Both the position numbers and the translations under genes were made by a program. This document shows, piece after piece, positions 41,201 through 52,110 of a stretch of 64,000 nt of DNA. The stretch is from Tubulanus polymorphus (Eukaryota; Animalia; Nemertea), in the NCBI RefSeq assembly GCF_964204645.1, contig NC_134028.1, positions 7,254,001-7,318,000 of the forward strand, written 5' to 3'. The stretch's first letter is position 1. The number at the start of each line of letters is the position of its first letter. The notes below the pieces were generated by a model, which was given only the letters and a program-made list of their open reading frames with translations, ran no database searches and was not told the DNA's origin.

Positions 41201-44200
41201 TGGTTGGTTTCTGCGTAGTGGTAACTTCGCGGTTTACTCGTATAACCATCGGAGAGTCGTTCGAATCGTTCGATGGCACCGAAACCACTGTTCCATCTCC
41301 TAGTTCAATTCTGTAAGAAACCTGCGAACCAGACGGACATCGTATCGCGAACTTCGTCTCTGAATTAACCATAACTCGAGCTTTATCGGGAATAATGTCC
41401 ACGAAAGATATGTTTTGTCCGACCTGAGTGACGATTTCTGTCTCAACCGATGATATGTTATTTGTTACGTTGATCTGTATTTGATAAATGCCGTAAGCCG
41501 AGTATGTATGTTCAAATGTTACGACGGGACTTTCTTTTATGTCAAAGTTAATAGCCTTATGGCTACCATCTCCAGGTCTGATATCCAGAGTAACGCGGTC
41601 CACCTTCGATGAATCTTGACCGGGGTTGACAATAAGGGTCATAACAACCAGTTGCTCGGGACTTGTCACATTCTCTACCGATAGTTTGACCGACACGATT
41701 TTTCTCTCCACCGATATGGAGCCGATCTCCGTCGCATGACTAATCGCATTGCTGATCACCACGGATACCGGGTAGTGGCCTACGTTTTGGTACAAGTGCC
41801 TCATTCGGGTCGGTACGTCGCCTGCTGGCTCTCTGTGGTAACCGTAGAAACCACTCCGGTCCATGAAGTCGATTTTTACGAAGGCGTGATCGCCGCTACG
41901 GGTCGTCCAATCGATGTTGTAATATTCGGAAGGATTCCCGAAGGTCCGTCGACCAGAAATGACCGAGCAATTAACTTGATTTTGGTTCGTGACCGTCCAC
42001 GCGGTGATCCAGTATCCGTCTTGCGATACAAGGACATCATGGGATTTAGCAGCGACGAACGCGGTTGCAGGTATCGTTATCGCGTCCTGTTTGGCGATCC
42101 TCGATGCGGTTTTGTCTCCCGAGACGAAAACCTCCAAGTCAAACCAACCGCGATCCGCTCCAATCAGCGGAATGGTGAAATCATCGCCGATTCGTTTGTC
42201 AATGTGGTGTGTAACGTTGTCCTGGACGCGTACTTTGATTGTTTCGTTTTTCACGCCGAAATCGTTCGAGCAGTTCAACGAAGTCTCGTAGAAGCCCGGC
42301 CGGTTGAACGTGTGTATCAGATCTTGTTGCAGAACTTGTTCGTTTTCGGCCGCGTTGAGAACCTTCCGTTGACCATCGCCGAAACTGATCTCGCATACCG
42401 CCCGTTTCCTGCTGAACACGTTCACCCGATAATCGATAGTTTTAGTTTTGGCCGCCGATGGCGCTGACGTAACGTGCAGCATTTCAGGCGCAGCGCCTTC
42501 GTCGCGGTTGACCACTTCGATGTTCTTCGAAACGCTTTTACTTACGTTCCAGTACGACCAGTGCGCCTTCACGGTAACCGTAAAGACGCCCGCAGATTTC
42601 CAATCGTAGGATACCCGATTGTCGCTGATAATCTTCTCACCGCCATTGTCACCAAAATCGACGATGAAATAGGCGCCATCTCGCGGGTGTGACGTTACGT
42701 TCAGAACAACTTGCTCATTCGGCCTGATGTAACGCTTCGCTTTCAAGGCGATATCCAATGTGAAATTGACGCTTGTCTCAACATCTTCGACGACGTAATG
42801 CGAGACTACCACGACCATATATGGCCCCGATAATTGCGAACACGAAAGATCTAAATCCTCGGTGTTGATATCGCCGAAACTCTGCTGACAAAAACAGCTG
42901 TCTTGTTTGTAGATGGCAACTTGTTTCCTCAGTTTCAGGCAAATCGTTCGACATCGAAGCTTCGATGCGGACCCGGAAGCGGCGACATCCGCATTACCCG
43001 GGTTTTCGATACATCCTATGCGCAACAAATTGCTCGTATCTGAAAACAAGACCCATACATTTCTATTTCGTTATGGAAACAACTGAAGATTCGAAAATGT
43101 CTTTATCGAATTACACCATGATTAGTTAATGAGTGAAATGGCCGTGGTTATAAGAACATGAATGCTTCGTTATGCGTAATTCATACCTGCATTCCGCATT
43201 TTAGAATATTTCTTTTATTTCTTTATTCATTTATCATTTCAGTTTAATAATAAGTCCGTGGATAGGAATTAAGAAATCACTTGAAGCCTTTAAAATAACT
43301 TAACACTTTTTCAATAAATGCAACGAGAAGAATAGTACTTTATCTAGTTTATAACACACGCGATTTCGCTACTTATACACCTGTAGCGAAAGCTCGTACG
43401 TCTAATGAACTATTCAGTTAATCTATAGAGTACTATTCGACTCAATTCTTGATACTTTTTCGTAATTAAAAAGAAATGAATGTCACACATGACTATTGAG
43501 TGGGTGCTTAACGGCCATATTATTTTCGATTACCTATAAGAGCAGCTACTTGTTCGGCTGTGCGATGGGAATCATTATGTTCTAGATTATACATGGTGAA
43601 GTTCGGCGTTTCGATATGTGGTACATTACTGCTCGGGCGCCCGACTGTTATGGCAGGAAACGGATCGAGTTGTTTTCCTGCCCCGACCTGCGGAAATTCT
43701 CGGCTAGACATCCGAGTTCGATCGACGTGAAATCCATCAATGAATAGCGAAAAAGATTCAGTCGAAATCCAGGTTAGTGTTATTTGCGTCCAACTGCATC
43801 GGTATGAAACGAAAAGAAGTATAAAGTGTTGCATTGATTCGTCATTGATTCAGTGCAGCAATAAATAAGACGTAGACTTCAGAAATCGATAGAAATTGAT
43901 ATGTTTGAGAACTAAATTGGCTCATTATTTAACCCTCAAACACATCGTTAAGTGGCAAGCAGTCATCTCAATGAATTCTAAGTCTGGTTCCATACGAAAG
44001 CCATCCTTCACTACTCAGATTGCACTATTTGATTGAGTGGGGATCGCGGAGAAATTGGCTCAACTTCCATAGAAGTCGTTAGCCAGTTTCCAAAAATGGT
44101 TTTCTCGCGCGAGAAATCGGAAGCTTGTTTCTGATGCGAGAAATAAAAACACTTTTACAGAAACATTTCTATGGCCTGAATCAGCCACCATACTTGGTAG

Positions 44201-45008
44201 CAATCCGTAGTCGAACATGGGAGGATACTTACTTTGTAAAATGAATCATATCCGATATTCATAAAAGTAATTCGTTCGGATCGGTATTTTTGCAAACAAA
44301 AATATAGGAAGGGGAGGGGAGTTCGTATACAGTATCTATATGCTTGGATGGTCACCTTTGGTTTTGCGTTTAATAGTCGAAGTTGACAGGTGATAGATTT
44401 TATGAGCAAAAATAATGTGAAAAAATAATCAACACGAGGATAACAAAAGGGTTTTCTGCCGAACGGACAGAAACCCCTAAATATGAATCATCTACGCGTT
44501 TCCTCTGACTAGAACTTGCCTGTTAACTACTAATCCGAATTTTACGCTGTAAACCTTGTCCGCTACGGCGAATCCGGCTTCGAATTCCCCTCCGATATTC
44601 TTTCTTACGTAGAATCCCTCCGATATATCGCTTTCTCCCCCGGTTGACAGTAAATATACCGGTCGTCCATCGCTAGCAGTTTCCTGCCCTGAAATCTTCA
44701 GCCAAAACGACCACGTAGACCCACTCTGGCACTTGTTGATATTGCCAACGCAAAGATGCGGATAAATCCCTAGAGTTTCGACCGTAATCGGTGTATCTTT
44801 CGACAATTTCCAACTCATACAGGCAACGTCTCCATGAAGAAAAGAGTTGAAACAAAGTTTTAGGGTTCAATTCAATACATAAATGGCCGATTAATCTATA
44901 AGAGGTCCTGAATCTTAGAATGAATCGATAGATATTTCATAATTTTCAATCAAGCTTACCCGAAAACGATCGTATGAAAATAAGGTAGATTAGATATCGT
45001 ATATCCAT
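26265..45008 (-). CDS. Polycystin-1 family protein (PKD1L/REJ-like), about 26 exons
   Basis: Signal exon 45008-44960; LamG-like exons 44829-44520 and 43793-43534; 3.14 kb exon 43039-39900 (WSC, PKD domains with VDFGD/ISFGDG motifs, REJ start). GAIN exons ~39821-36065; GPS CVYF..WYSDG..CISAHLTPF (~35340-35055); PLAT WHDNSG (~34484-33567); HLWISVLSRPTKSSFTRVQRVSCC (~33100); polycystin channel exons ~30408-26265. Middle exon boundaries are approximate. Confidence 0.93.
27160..27291. mobile_element. MITE with GGACCCAGTTCCACAGT-type TIRs (second copy 54925-55018)
   Basis: GGACCCAGTTCCACAGT...ACTGTAGAACCGGGTCC with AACTC/GAGTT internal repeats; same layout at 54925-55018. Confidence 0.7.
28235..28336. 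ncRNA. Opposed pair of minimal type I hammerhead cores (Penelope-like remnant)
   Basis: Minus strand: TAC-CTGATGA-G-GCTA../..TAGC-GAAA-GCTC-GTA. Plus strand: CTGAAGA-A-GCTACT-ATGCACT-AGTAGT-GAAA-GCTTGTA. The pair is embedded in longer inverted flanks. Confidence 0.65.
30607..30740. ncRNA. Second copy of the paired hammerhead module
   Basis: Plus strand CTGATGA (30699)-AGCTTCT-ATGCACT-AGTAGC-GAAA (30726)-ACTCGTA; degenerate inverted copy at 30609-30649. Confidence 0.62.
31890..32085. repeat. Intronic inverted repeat
   Basis: ATCAATACGGGTTATAGGCCTAACGTTCGTT is mirrored by AACGAACGTTAGGCCTATAACCCGTATTGAT. Confidence 0.8.
33890..33962 (+). tRNA. tRNA-Val-TAC: tRNA-Val (anticodon TAC), intronic and antisense to the polycystin gene
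   Basis: GGTTCCATAGTGTAGTGGTTATCACGTCTGCTTTACACGCAGAAGGTCTCGGGTTCGAAACCCGATGGAACC; all stems pair; T6 terminator ~10 bp downstream. Confidence 0.93.
34690..34787 (+). mobile_element. 3' terminal fragment of an RTE-clade LINE
   Basis: GACAGAGAGGAATGGAGGAAG...CTGTGGTGCCC...GACTACGGGCTAGGTGAAG resembles the DREEWRK...VVP end of RTE elements. Confidence 0.55.
35895..36042. repeat. Dispersed ~145 bp repeat (other copies ~58125-58225 and ~61517-61661)
   Basis: CTATATCTGTACTTC..ATTTCAAAATCGAACCCCTGTTTCGC..GCAGGTGTGG..TGTAAGGGACA is shared by three loci. Confidence 0.85.
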
Positions 45009-46069
45009 CGTTGTAGTTGCTACATAACGGCTTAATTTCAAACCTAGACCTGGGTCTATACCTCACTGGACCGAAGAGGCTGATAGCTAAGTGTAAATAA
45101 GATCAGGGGGTTTACAAACGTAATACATATATAATGTTAATGCAATTAAGGGCATGAAAAGATGGCACGCGATCCTTGCTCTCTTAACCGTGCGCACCTG
45201 GGAATACTTTTATTATTAGTACAACCTGTGATTACGGTTAACTAATCAATAATTCAATCCGCTCTTCTTGTTTCGTCTGCGCTCCAGTGAAGCTGATGTC
45301 GTCACACTGGGTTATACTATCAAATTATTCATCGGCCAATCCCCTTAGAAGCTATCGCGTCATTAATTGAATTTTTAACGCTTGGCGTTCGGCGGCGATG
45401 TTGAATTGATGGGCGTTTTTTTTCGCTACGCGGATTCCGTTCGCCGTGTATGAAATCGTCGTCGAAATAAGAGAATCGAGCGTGAATCATTTCGATTTCA
45501 ACAACAACTGCGTAATCCTGCACGACTTAGTGAAACTCAGAACGAAAAATGTAAAAATAATTCCCTAACATGTCTGTTGATAAAAAGCATAATCCATGCA
45601 TACCGTGTTTCGTATTATTTGCAGAGCGTATTTATAAAAAGAATTTCTTCTAGATGAAACCCCATCTTTAGTTCTAGAGACTTCAAGATGTGGATCAGAT
45701 TTCTTGGATACTAATCTCAACGGGCCTCTGCTAGGACAGTGCCACGCAATGATCATATATGATAAGATAATGATAATCACCTTTGCCAATTACTTTTATT
45801 TTTCGATCAATCCAACAACTGAAATCAAATCTGCGATTATTGCCCTTATGCGATTATTGGCCTTTTACTTTTCGACCGTCTTGGATGATCCAAAATGTTT
45901 TTAGCTATATAGATCTTGATTGATTTAAAACAGGGATCATTTGTTAACAAGCAAAGAATTCAATTTAATACGATATATAATATAAGTATAATCATGCAAA
46001 TTACGTTAGAAAACGAATGCGCATGACTTCCGCCTATTGCAAACAGGTAGCGTGGCCGAGCGGTCTAAG

Positions 46070-47998
46070 GAAGTAATAAAAGCGATCTCACTACTTAAGA
46101 ATAAAAAGGCATCTGGCATCGACGGGATAACAAATGAATTGCTAAAAGTCAACCGATATCCCTATTTAGTTAATATTTTGCAAAACCTATTCAATCTTGT
46201 TCTAAGGACTGGCCATGTACCGGATACTTGGTCGATTGGGGTGATCAAACCGATCTACAAGAACAAAGGTGATCCCGACGATCCCGATAATTACAGAGGC
46301 ATCACTCTAGTGAGCTGCCTAGGAAAACTGTTTACGAGCATATTGAATCAGAGACTATCTCTATTTTTAGATGCAAACAATATTATAAGTGAAGCCCAGG
46401 GTGGTTTCAGATCTAAATACTCGACAGTTGATCATATCTACACTCTTAAAACCATTGTTGAACTGTACCTTGGCCAGGGGAGAAGACTGTTCTGTGCGTT
46501 CGTAGATTTTAAAAAGGCATTTGATTCAATCTGTAGAGTAACTCTTTGGAAGAAACTTATTAGTAATTGTATTACAGGAAACTTCCTGAACATTATTAAA
46601 AGCATGTACGACTCTGTAAAATCGTGCGTAAAATATAATGGCAATACCTCACAATATTTCACTGCCGGCAGAGGTTTGAGACAGGGCGAAAATCTATCAC
46701 CAATCCTATTTTCACTCTATTTAAATGATATAGAGGCATTTTTCGTGGGTAATGGTAATCCAACTCTCTCATTTATAGAAAAGCTGAATTCGGACTGCGA
46801 TCATGATCTTGACACCCTGTTAAATCTATTTATTATTCTGTATGCAGATGACACAGTTATCTTAGCTGAGGATGAAAATTCACTGCAGTCGCAGCTGGAT
46901 ACTTTGTATGCATATTGTTTAGAAAACGATTTAACGGTTAATATCGATAAAACTAAAGTTTTAATTTTTGCAAGAAGTAAATGTAGGATCAAGATAGATA
47001 CAAAGTTTATGTTTGGCACAGATGAGATTGAGATCGTTGAGGACTATCTATACCTGGGAGTTAAGTTCAATTGGAATGGCAGCTTCGCCAAAGCAAAAAA
47101 ATATCTATATGACAAGGCAATGAGAGCAATGTTCTCGGTAATACAAAAAGGCAGACGCTTGAAGCTCCCGATAGATGTTTTGCTGAAACTATTCGATATG
47201 TGCGTCGCACCCGTTGCGTTATATGGTTGTGAGATATGGGGCTTTGAAAGCCTCGATTTATTAGAGAGTCTGCACTGTACGTTTTGCAAAATTATTATGA
47301 AAGTGTCAAAATATTCGCACAACCTGCAGGTATTAGCTGAACTTGGGCGGTACCCCATGAGTATCGAGGTAAAACGGAGGATGGTAAACTTTTGGCTTAA
47401 AACTGTTACCGGCAAAGATTCAAAACTTAATGCAATCCTGTACCGTATATCCCTCAATCTGTATGTACGCGAAAAACACAAGTCCCCTTGGTTATTGTAT
47501 ATAAAGAAAATATTTGACGACATTGGCTTATCTTACATATGGTTACAGCAATACACGGAAAATTATAAAACGCTCTCCAAGTACGTGAAACAAGTCCTCC
47601 GTGACCAACACGTACAAGAAATGCTTCAAAAAGTGAATGACGATCAGCAGTATGTTAATTTCAAACTATATAAGAACGATGTTAGGCTTGAAAAATATAT
47701 AACTCAACTTGACGGAAGTCTTGTGCATAGCTTATTCGAATTCAGAATTGGTTCCTATTTATTACCGGTAAATAATCGATCGAACGCTCATATAGACCGA
47801 AGTGAAAGACTGTGCCCTGCCTGTAACACCGTAGGAGATGAGCTTCACTTCATTTATGACTGCACTTTGCTAAGTGATCTGCGTGATAATTCCATCCATT
47901 TAAGTATGTCCAGAAACTTGGAAATATTAAGGAATCCTACCCCACAACTAGCTAAATTTATCCGGTTAGGTTTAAGTTTATACAAATCCCTCCAGTGA
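46070..47998 (+). CDS. Reverse transcriptase ORF remnant (~640 aa, uninterrupted, N-terminally truncated)
   Basis: ORF track 46037-47998; the first 11 codons are flank and tRNA sequence, not element sequence. Confidence 0.85.
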   Translation, partial: EVIKAISLLKNKKASGIDGITNELLKVNRYPYLVNILQNLFNLVLRTGHVPDTWSIGVIKPIYKNKGDPDDPDNYRGITLVSCLGKLFTSILNQRLSLFLDANNIISEAQGGFRSKYSTVDHIYTLKTIVELYLGQGRRLFCAFVDFKKAFDSICRVTLWKKLISNCITGNFLNIIKSMYDSVKSCVKYNGNTSQYFTAGRGLRQGENLSPILFSLYLNDIEAFFVGNGNPTLSFIEKLNSDCDHDLDTLLNLFIILYADDTVILAEDENSLQSQLDTLYAYCLENDLTVNIDKTKVLIFARSKCRIKIDTKFMFGTDEIEIVEDYLYLGVKFNWNGSFAKAKKYLYDKAMRAMFSVIQKGRRLKLPIDVLLKLFDMCVAPVALYGCEIWGFESLDLLESLHCTFCKIIMKVSKYSHNLQVLAELGRYPMSIEVKRRMVNFWLKTVTGKDSKLNAILYRISLNLYVREKHKSPWLLYIKKIFDDIGLSYIWLQQYTENYKTLSKYVKQVLRDQHVQEMLQKVNDDQQYVNFKLYKNDVRLEKYITQLDGSLVHSLFEFRIGSYLLPVNNRSNAHIDRSERLCPACNTVGDELHFIYDCTLLSDLRDNSIHLSMSRNLEILRNPTPQLAKFIRLGLSLYKSLQ

Positions 47999-48245
47999 AT
48001 TGTGTATATACGTGTGATATATCTTGCTGTATATAATTCAATCTCTGTACTTGCTTTGTTTGTAAATAGTTTTATTACTGAAAGTTTGATTTTAAATTTT
48101 GTTAATTCCTATTTTGTTTTGTATATATGTATATAATTCTGTTCATGTTTTGTAAATTTTTATATTCCATATTTTGTATTCAATCTTGCCTCCACGTACC
48201 ATTCTTATGGTTGGAGTGAAATAAATATCTTATCTTATCTTATCT
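46071..48245 (+). mobile_element. 5'-truncated non-LTR retrotransposon (RTE/RTEX-like)
   Basis: RT motifs NYRGITL, QGGFR, FVDFKKAFDS, GLRQGENLSPILF, YADD and YLG; C-terminal CPAC..DELHFIYDC; no endonuclease domain; AATAAA at 48220 and a (TATCT)4 tail at 48226-48245. Confidence 0.93.
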
Positions 48246-49672
48246 AGGCGCCGGTTTAAGGCACCGGTCCAGCAATGGGCGTGGGTTCGAATCCCACCGC
48301 TGCCAGAACTTTTGTCAAAAAACTAGATTTTGTCAAAAAAACTAGACTTATATCAAGAGAATCTTATGCACCTATTTTATTACTTTTACATACATGCTGT
48401 AAAGTATAGGCATGGTAACGACATATCCTATTAACAATACATGTATAACGGATAGTCCTACGTAGCAAGTCGAAAAGCCGTTAGTAGTCGAAAAATCATA
48501 TTTCAGAAATAATTCCCATAGTTTTCAAAGATTCAAGGATTTCGATTATTCGTTCCTACTAAAACTGATTAATTTGCAAGAGTTTGTTAAAATACACCGA
48601 GTTTCAAATAACTATTAGAGTCGCATTCTAATGAATTACAATCTGGGCTGATTAGTTTTGTTTTTAAATTACAGAAATAGCTCAAAACGCTTGTTTCGGG
48701 CCGCGTCTACTGTCTAATTAAAATCGCTTCAAATTCTAAATACTGACAATATCTGAATTTTTGAATCTCAATCGGCGTAAAGTTTTCGTATTACGAAGTC
48801 TAGTTTTTCTAGTTTCACTGTTGGAAAAAGCATCAAATCAAATTCTCTTCTTTGATAACGAAACGCTTTGATGACGCGCAAAATTAATGTTCAGAAGATT
48901 CCAACGCAAAATAAAATCAATGAAATTGGATGGCGAATAGTGCGGAAGCGACGCGCGCTTGAACTAGATTTCAGTCACCGAAAAAAACTTTAAATTCAAG
49001 GATCGTGATAATGTAGGTAATTTTGTATGCGACGTAGATTTCAAAAGACTTTAAAAAAGAACTCGCAACGTCGAAGCAACACATACCATGTACCGGGGGC
49101 TAAGTATTCAATCAATTAAGTGCATTGCCTTCAACGCGCGTCTAGTCTTGCGGTTAATTCCAGTACTGCTACGCCGTGATGGCGACGAATCGTTTCGAAC
49201 GACAATCGTTACCACTAGAAGCTCGCGCAAAAACGATTAAAGCGATTTATGGCTATAATTAAGTTGTATCTTTAAACGAAGATTTATTCAGCAGTCTCTC
49301 ATGCCGGGTAATGTTAGCGGTAATGTTTGCTTTGCGACAGGTCGCGCGGTGCGGCCCAATTGTTATTTTCACGATTTTACGCCCAAAACAAATACATTAA
49401 CTTTTAATAAGCTTGCAATTTATTCCGCAATGATTTTTTTTTAAACTTGGAAGGAAATCAAGTAGAATTTCTGACTGCGAGCCAAGATCAAGAAAGTGCG
49501 AGCTATTGATAGACCTGATCGACTTGAATGATCCAAATGTTATGAAGCTATATACATATTTCGATCTTACTTAGGGATTCTCCCTCTTACTATGAACAAA
49601 TAAATTGAATAGGATACTATAGTAACAAATGATACAAGTATAATCATCGAAATTATATAGACAACAAATATT

Positions 49673-49836
49673 CAGGGCCAAATTCGGTTTTCGTATCTAG
49701 TCGACCAGTGGTCGGAACTAATAACCGAATGCGCCTGATTTTCGAACTATTTCCGGAATATAGTTCCGACTATCGGACGTTCGGTTTCGTTTAGTTCGAC
49801 TATAGTCGACTAATGAGATAACCGAAGGTGGCCCTG
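49673..49836. mobile_element. Palindromic MITE with CAGGGC termini (relative at 60450-60651)
   Basis: CAGGGCCAAATTCGGTT...AACCGAAGGTGGCCCTG with TAGTCGAC/TAGTTC internal motifs; ends 7 bp before tRNA-Leu. Confidence 0.75.
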
Positions 49837-49843
49837 GCAGTCA

Positions 49844-49925
49844 GGTAGCGTGGCCGAGCGGTCTAAGGCGCCGGTTTAAGGCACCGGTCCAGCAATGGGC
49901 GTGGGTTCGAATCCCACCGCTGCCA
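49844..49925 (+). tRNA. tRNA-Leu-AAG: tRNA-Leu (anticodon AAG), intact
   Basis: 82 nt with a long variable arm; anticodon stem CCGGT/ACCGG with loop TTAAGGC; GGTTCGAATCCC; followed by GAACTTTT. Confidence 0.96.
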
Positions 49926-50352
49926 GAACTTTTGTCAACGTTGCCGTGCTTCATGTGCATTGTACCTTCTTAATTTGACTTACTTTTTTCCAATTGAACG
50001 TATATGGATGTATACAAAGGAGTATTGAAAATATAATCATTACGGAACGGCAGTCCATTGATATCTGTTTTTGGGACAGCTCCGTTACAAGTTTGTATAC
50101 AATGATAACTATACTATGCTTTATTTTTGGGGTACTGTCTGAGTCGATGAGCACAACGTACGTCATCTATTTTGGCATTTCAAAAGAACCATTACAGTTG
50201 TGACTTTTGGCGTCCTTTTTTATCAAACATATACCATGACTCTTTTTTTCTATCTAATTAATGTAAATGTCTTTTTAGTAATGAATTTGGGCTGGTGTGC
50301 CTTTCGTCATCAATATCGGGGTTAGACCAGTTGCCGGTCAATTCAATTCAAT

Positions 50353-52110
50353 AAACCATTTTACAGTTGCTAGCCGCCATTTTGTTAGGGTACTTTTGTC
50401 CCGTATTGTTGGGTCATTTTTTTCGTTTTTTTAAAAACTATCCGTGATGTGTATTGTATCATATTTCATCTGCCCATGGATGGATTTTGACAACTTCAGC
50501 AACATTCAAACCGCATAAATCTCTAGTTTTCAGTTATGTAAAAATCATTTCTCAAATTTACAACAATGCGACATGAGAGCGATATAAAAATCGGTGGTCA
50601 GTTTTTGCCGTGCGCATAGAAATCCAGGGTACTGAAATTTGAAGTTCGTTATTTTCAGAAATAATTTTCTAAAAAATCCAAACATTTCAAGCACTGTGCG
50701 CATAAACGTCCCCTTTCAGGTGAACTTTGAAATTTTAAGATATCTTGCCTAGTTTTTTTCGTATGACACTTTAACTGCAGCGCGTGTATTGTCATTCCGA
50801 GATTCGGCGCTGTTTTCTTTGCGTGTATTTCAGTATATGGGTGTTATTTCTTCATTTTCACTACACTTGTCTCTACGGAAAATGGTTTTAATTGTTGGTA
50901 CGAGTATCAGGTTTAAATATTACGGCATTAATACTGTATTCCGTTCTCCGGCGCTAGTTCGTAATGGCTGTAATGGTAGCCGCTTTTACGGCAGGCAGAG
51001 GCTTACGTACATGCACCCAAGAAAACCCAAAATATCACTCTTTTGTTGTAAATGCAATCCACACACTTCTTGCGTTTTTGTGATGGTAGATGTCACTTTT
51101 TACTTTTTATCACGTGCGTCTGACATTCGAACTTGATACTTGATATTTCACCACCAAAACAAGAAAGTTTTCCTATATTTTCTTCCCAATCTAATCAATC
51201 TTGTGTGTACTTAATACAAAGTATTCATAGAAAGTAGCTGAATATTTGCCCCACCCCATTTGTCCAGCTTTTTGACCACTTCTCCATCCATCTAATTTCA
51301 GTAGATTTTTATGTAAATTTATTGATAGACTACTGATTTAAATGGTCATCATACTCGATTTTGAGTGATATATTTCTTTTCTTCTTCCATCTCAATATAG
51401 GCCCATATATTCTCTTCCCGCGCGCAACTTCGAATGCGTGATCAAAATGCCGCTCAGTCTCGCTGCTAAAACTGGTCAGAAAAATCCCTTAAACCCCAAC
51501 ATCTCTAATGTCTTCGACCTATTATATTGCATAAACGACGTGATATTTAAACCTGATACTCGTACCAACAATTAAAACCATTTTCCGTAGAGACAAGTGT
51601 AGTGAAAATGAAGAAATAACACCCATATACTGAAATACACGCAAAGAAAACAGCGCCGAATCTCGGAATGACAATACACGCGCTGCAGTTAAAGTGTCAT
51701 ACGAAAAAAACTAGGCAAGATATCTTAAAATTTCAAAGTTCACCTGAAAGGGGGCGTTTATGCGCACAGTGCTTGAAATGTTTGGATTTTTTAGAAAATT
51801 ATTTCTGAAAATAACGAACTTCAAATTTCAGTACCCTGGATTTCTATGCGCACGGCAAAAACTGACCACCGATTTTTATATCGCTCTCATGTCGCATTGT
51901 TGTAAATTTGAGAAATGATTTTTACATAACTGAAAACTAGAGATTTATGCGGTTTGAATGTTGCTGAAACTGTCAAAATCCATCCATGGGCAGATGAAAT
52001 ATGATACAATACACATCACGGAGGGTTTTTAAAAAAGAGAAAAAAATGACCCAACAATACGGGGCAAAAGTACCCTAACAAAATGGCGGCTAGCAACTGT
52101 AAAATGGTTT
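50353..52110. mobile_element. 1758 bp non-autonomous DNA element with ~570 bp TIRs
   Basis: 50353-~50924 is a near-perfect reverse complement of ~51539-52110; termini AAACC...GGTTT; AT on both sides; no transposase ORF. Confidence 0.93.

Larger units (their letters stand above)
46046..48305 (+). pseudogene. tRNA-Leu(AAG) gene split by a retrotransposon (46046-46070 and 48246-48305)
   Basis: 5' part GGTAGCGTGGCCGAGCGGTCTAAGG; 3' part AGGCGCCGGTTTAAGGCACCGG...CCCACCGCTGCCA. Joined with one AGG removed, the parts are identical to the intact copy at 49844. Confidence 0.95.

Noticed and set aside
46037-46070. In-frame fusion of the tRNA 5' half to RT as a Pol III-driven or chimeric gene
   Set aside because: The start is TTG in flanking DNA, the frame match has a 1-in-3 chance, the B box is 2.2 kb away, and the ORF contains T4+ runs that would terminate Pol III.
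46071-48245. Group II intron, retron or other prokaryotic RT system in a tRNA
   Set aside because: RT motifs, the C-terminal Cys/His motif, AATAAA, the repeat tail and the 5' truncation all indicate a eukaryotic non-LTR element.
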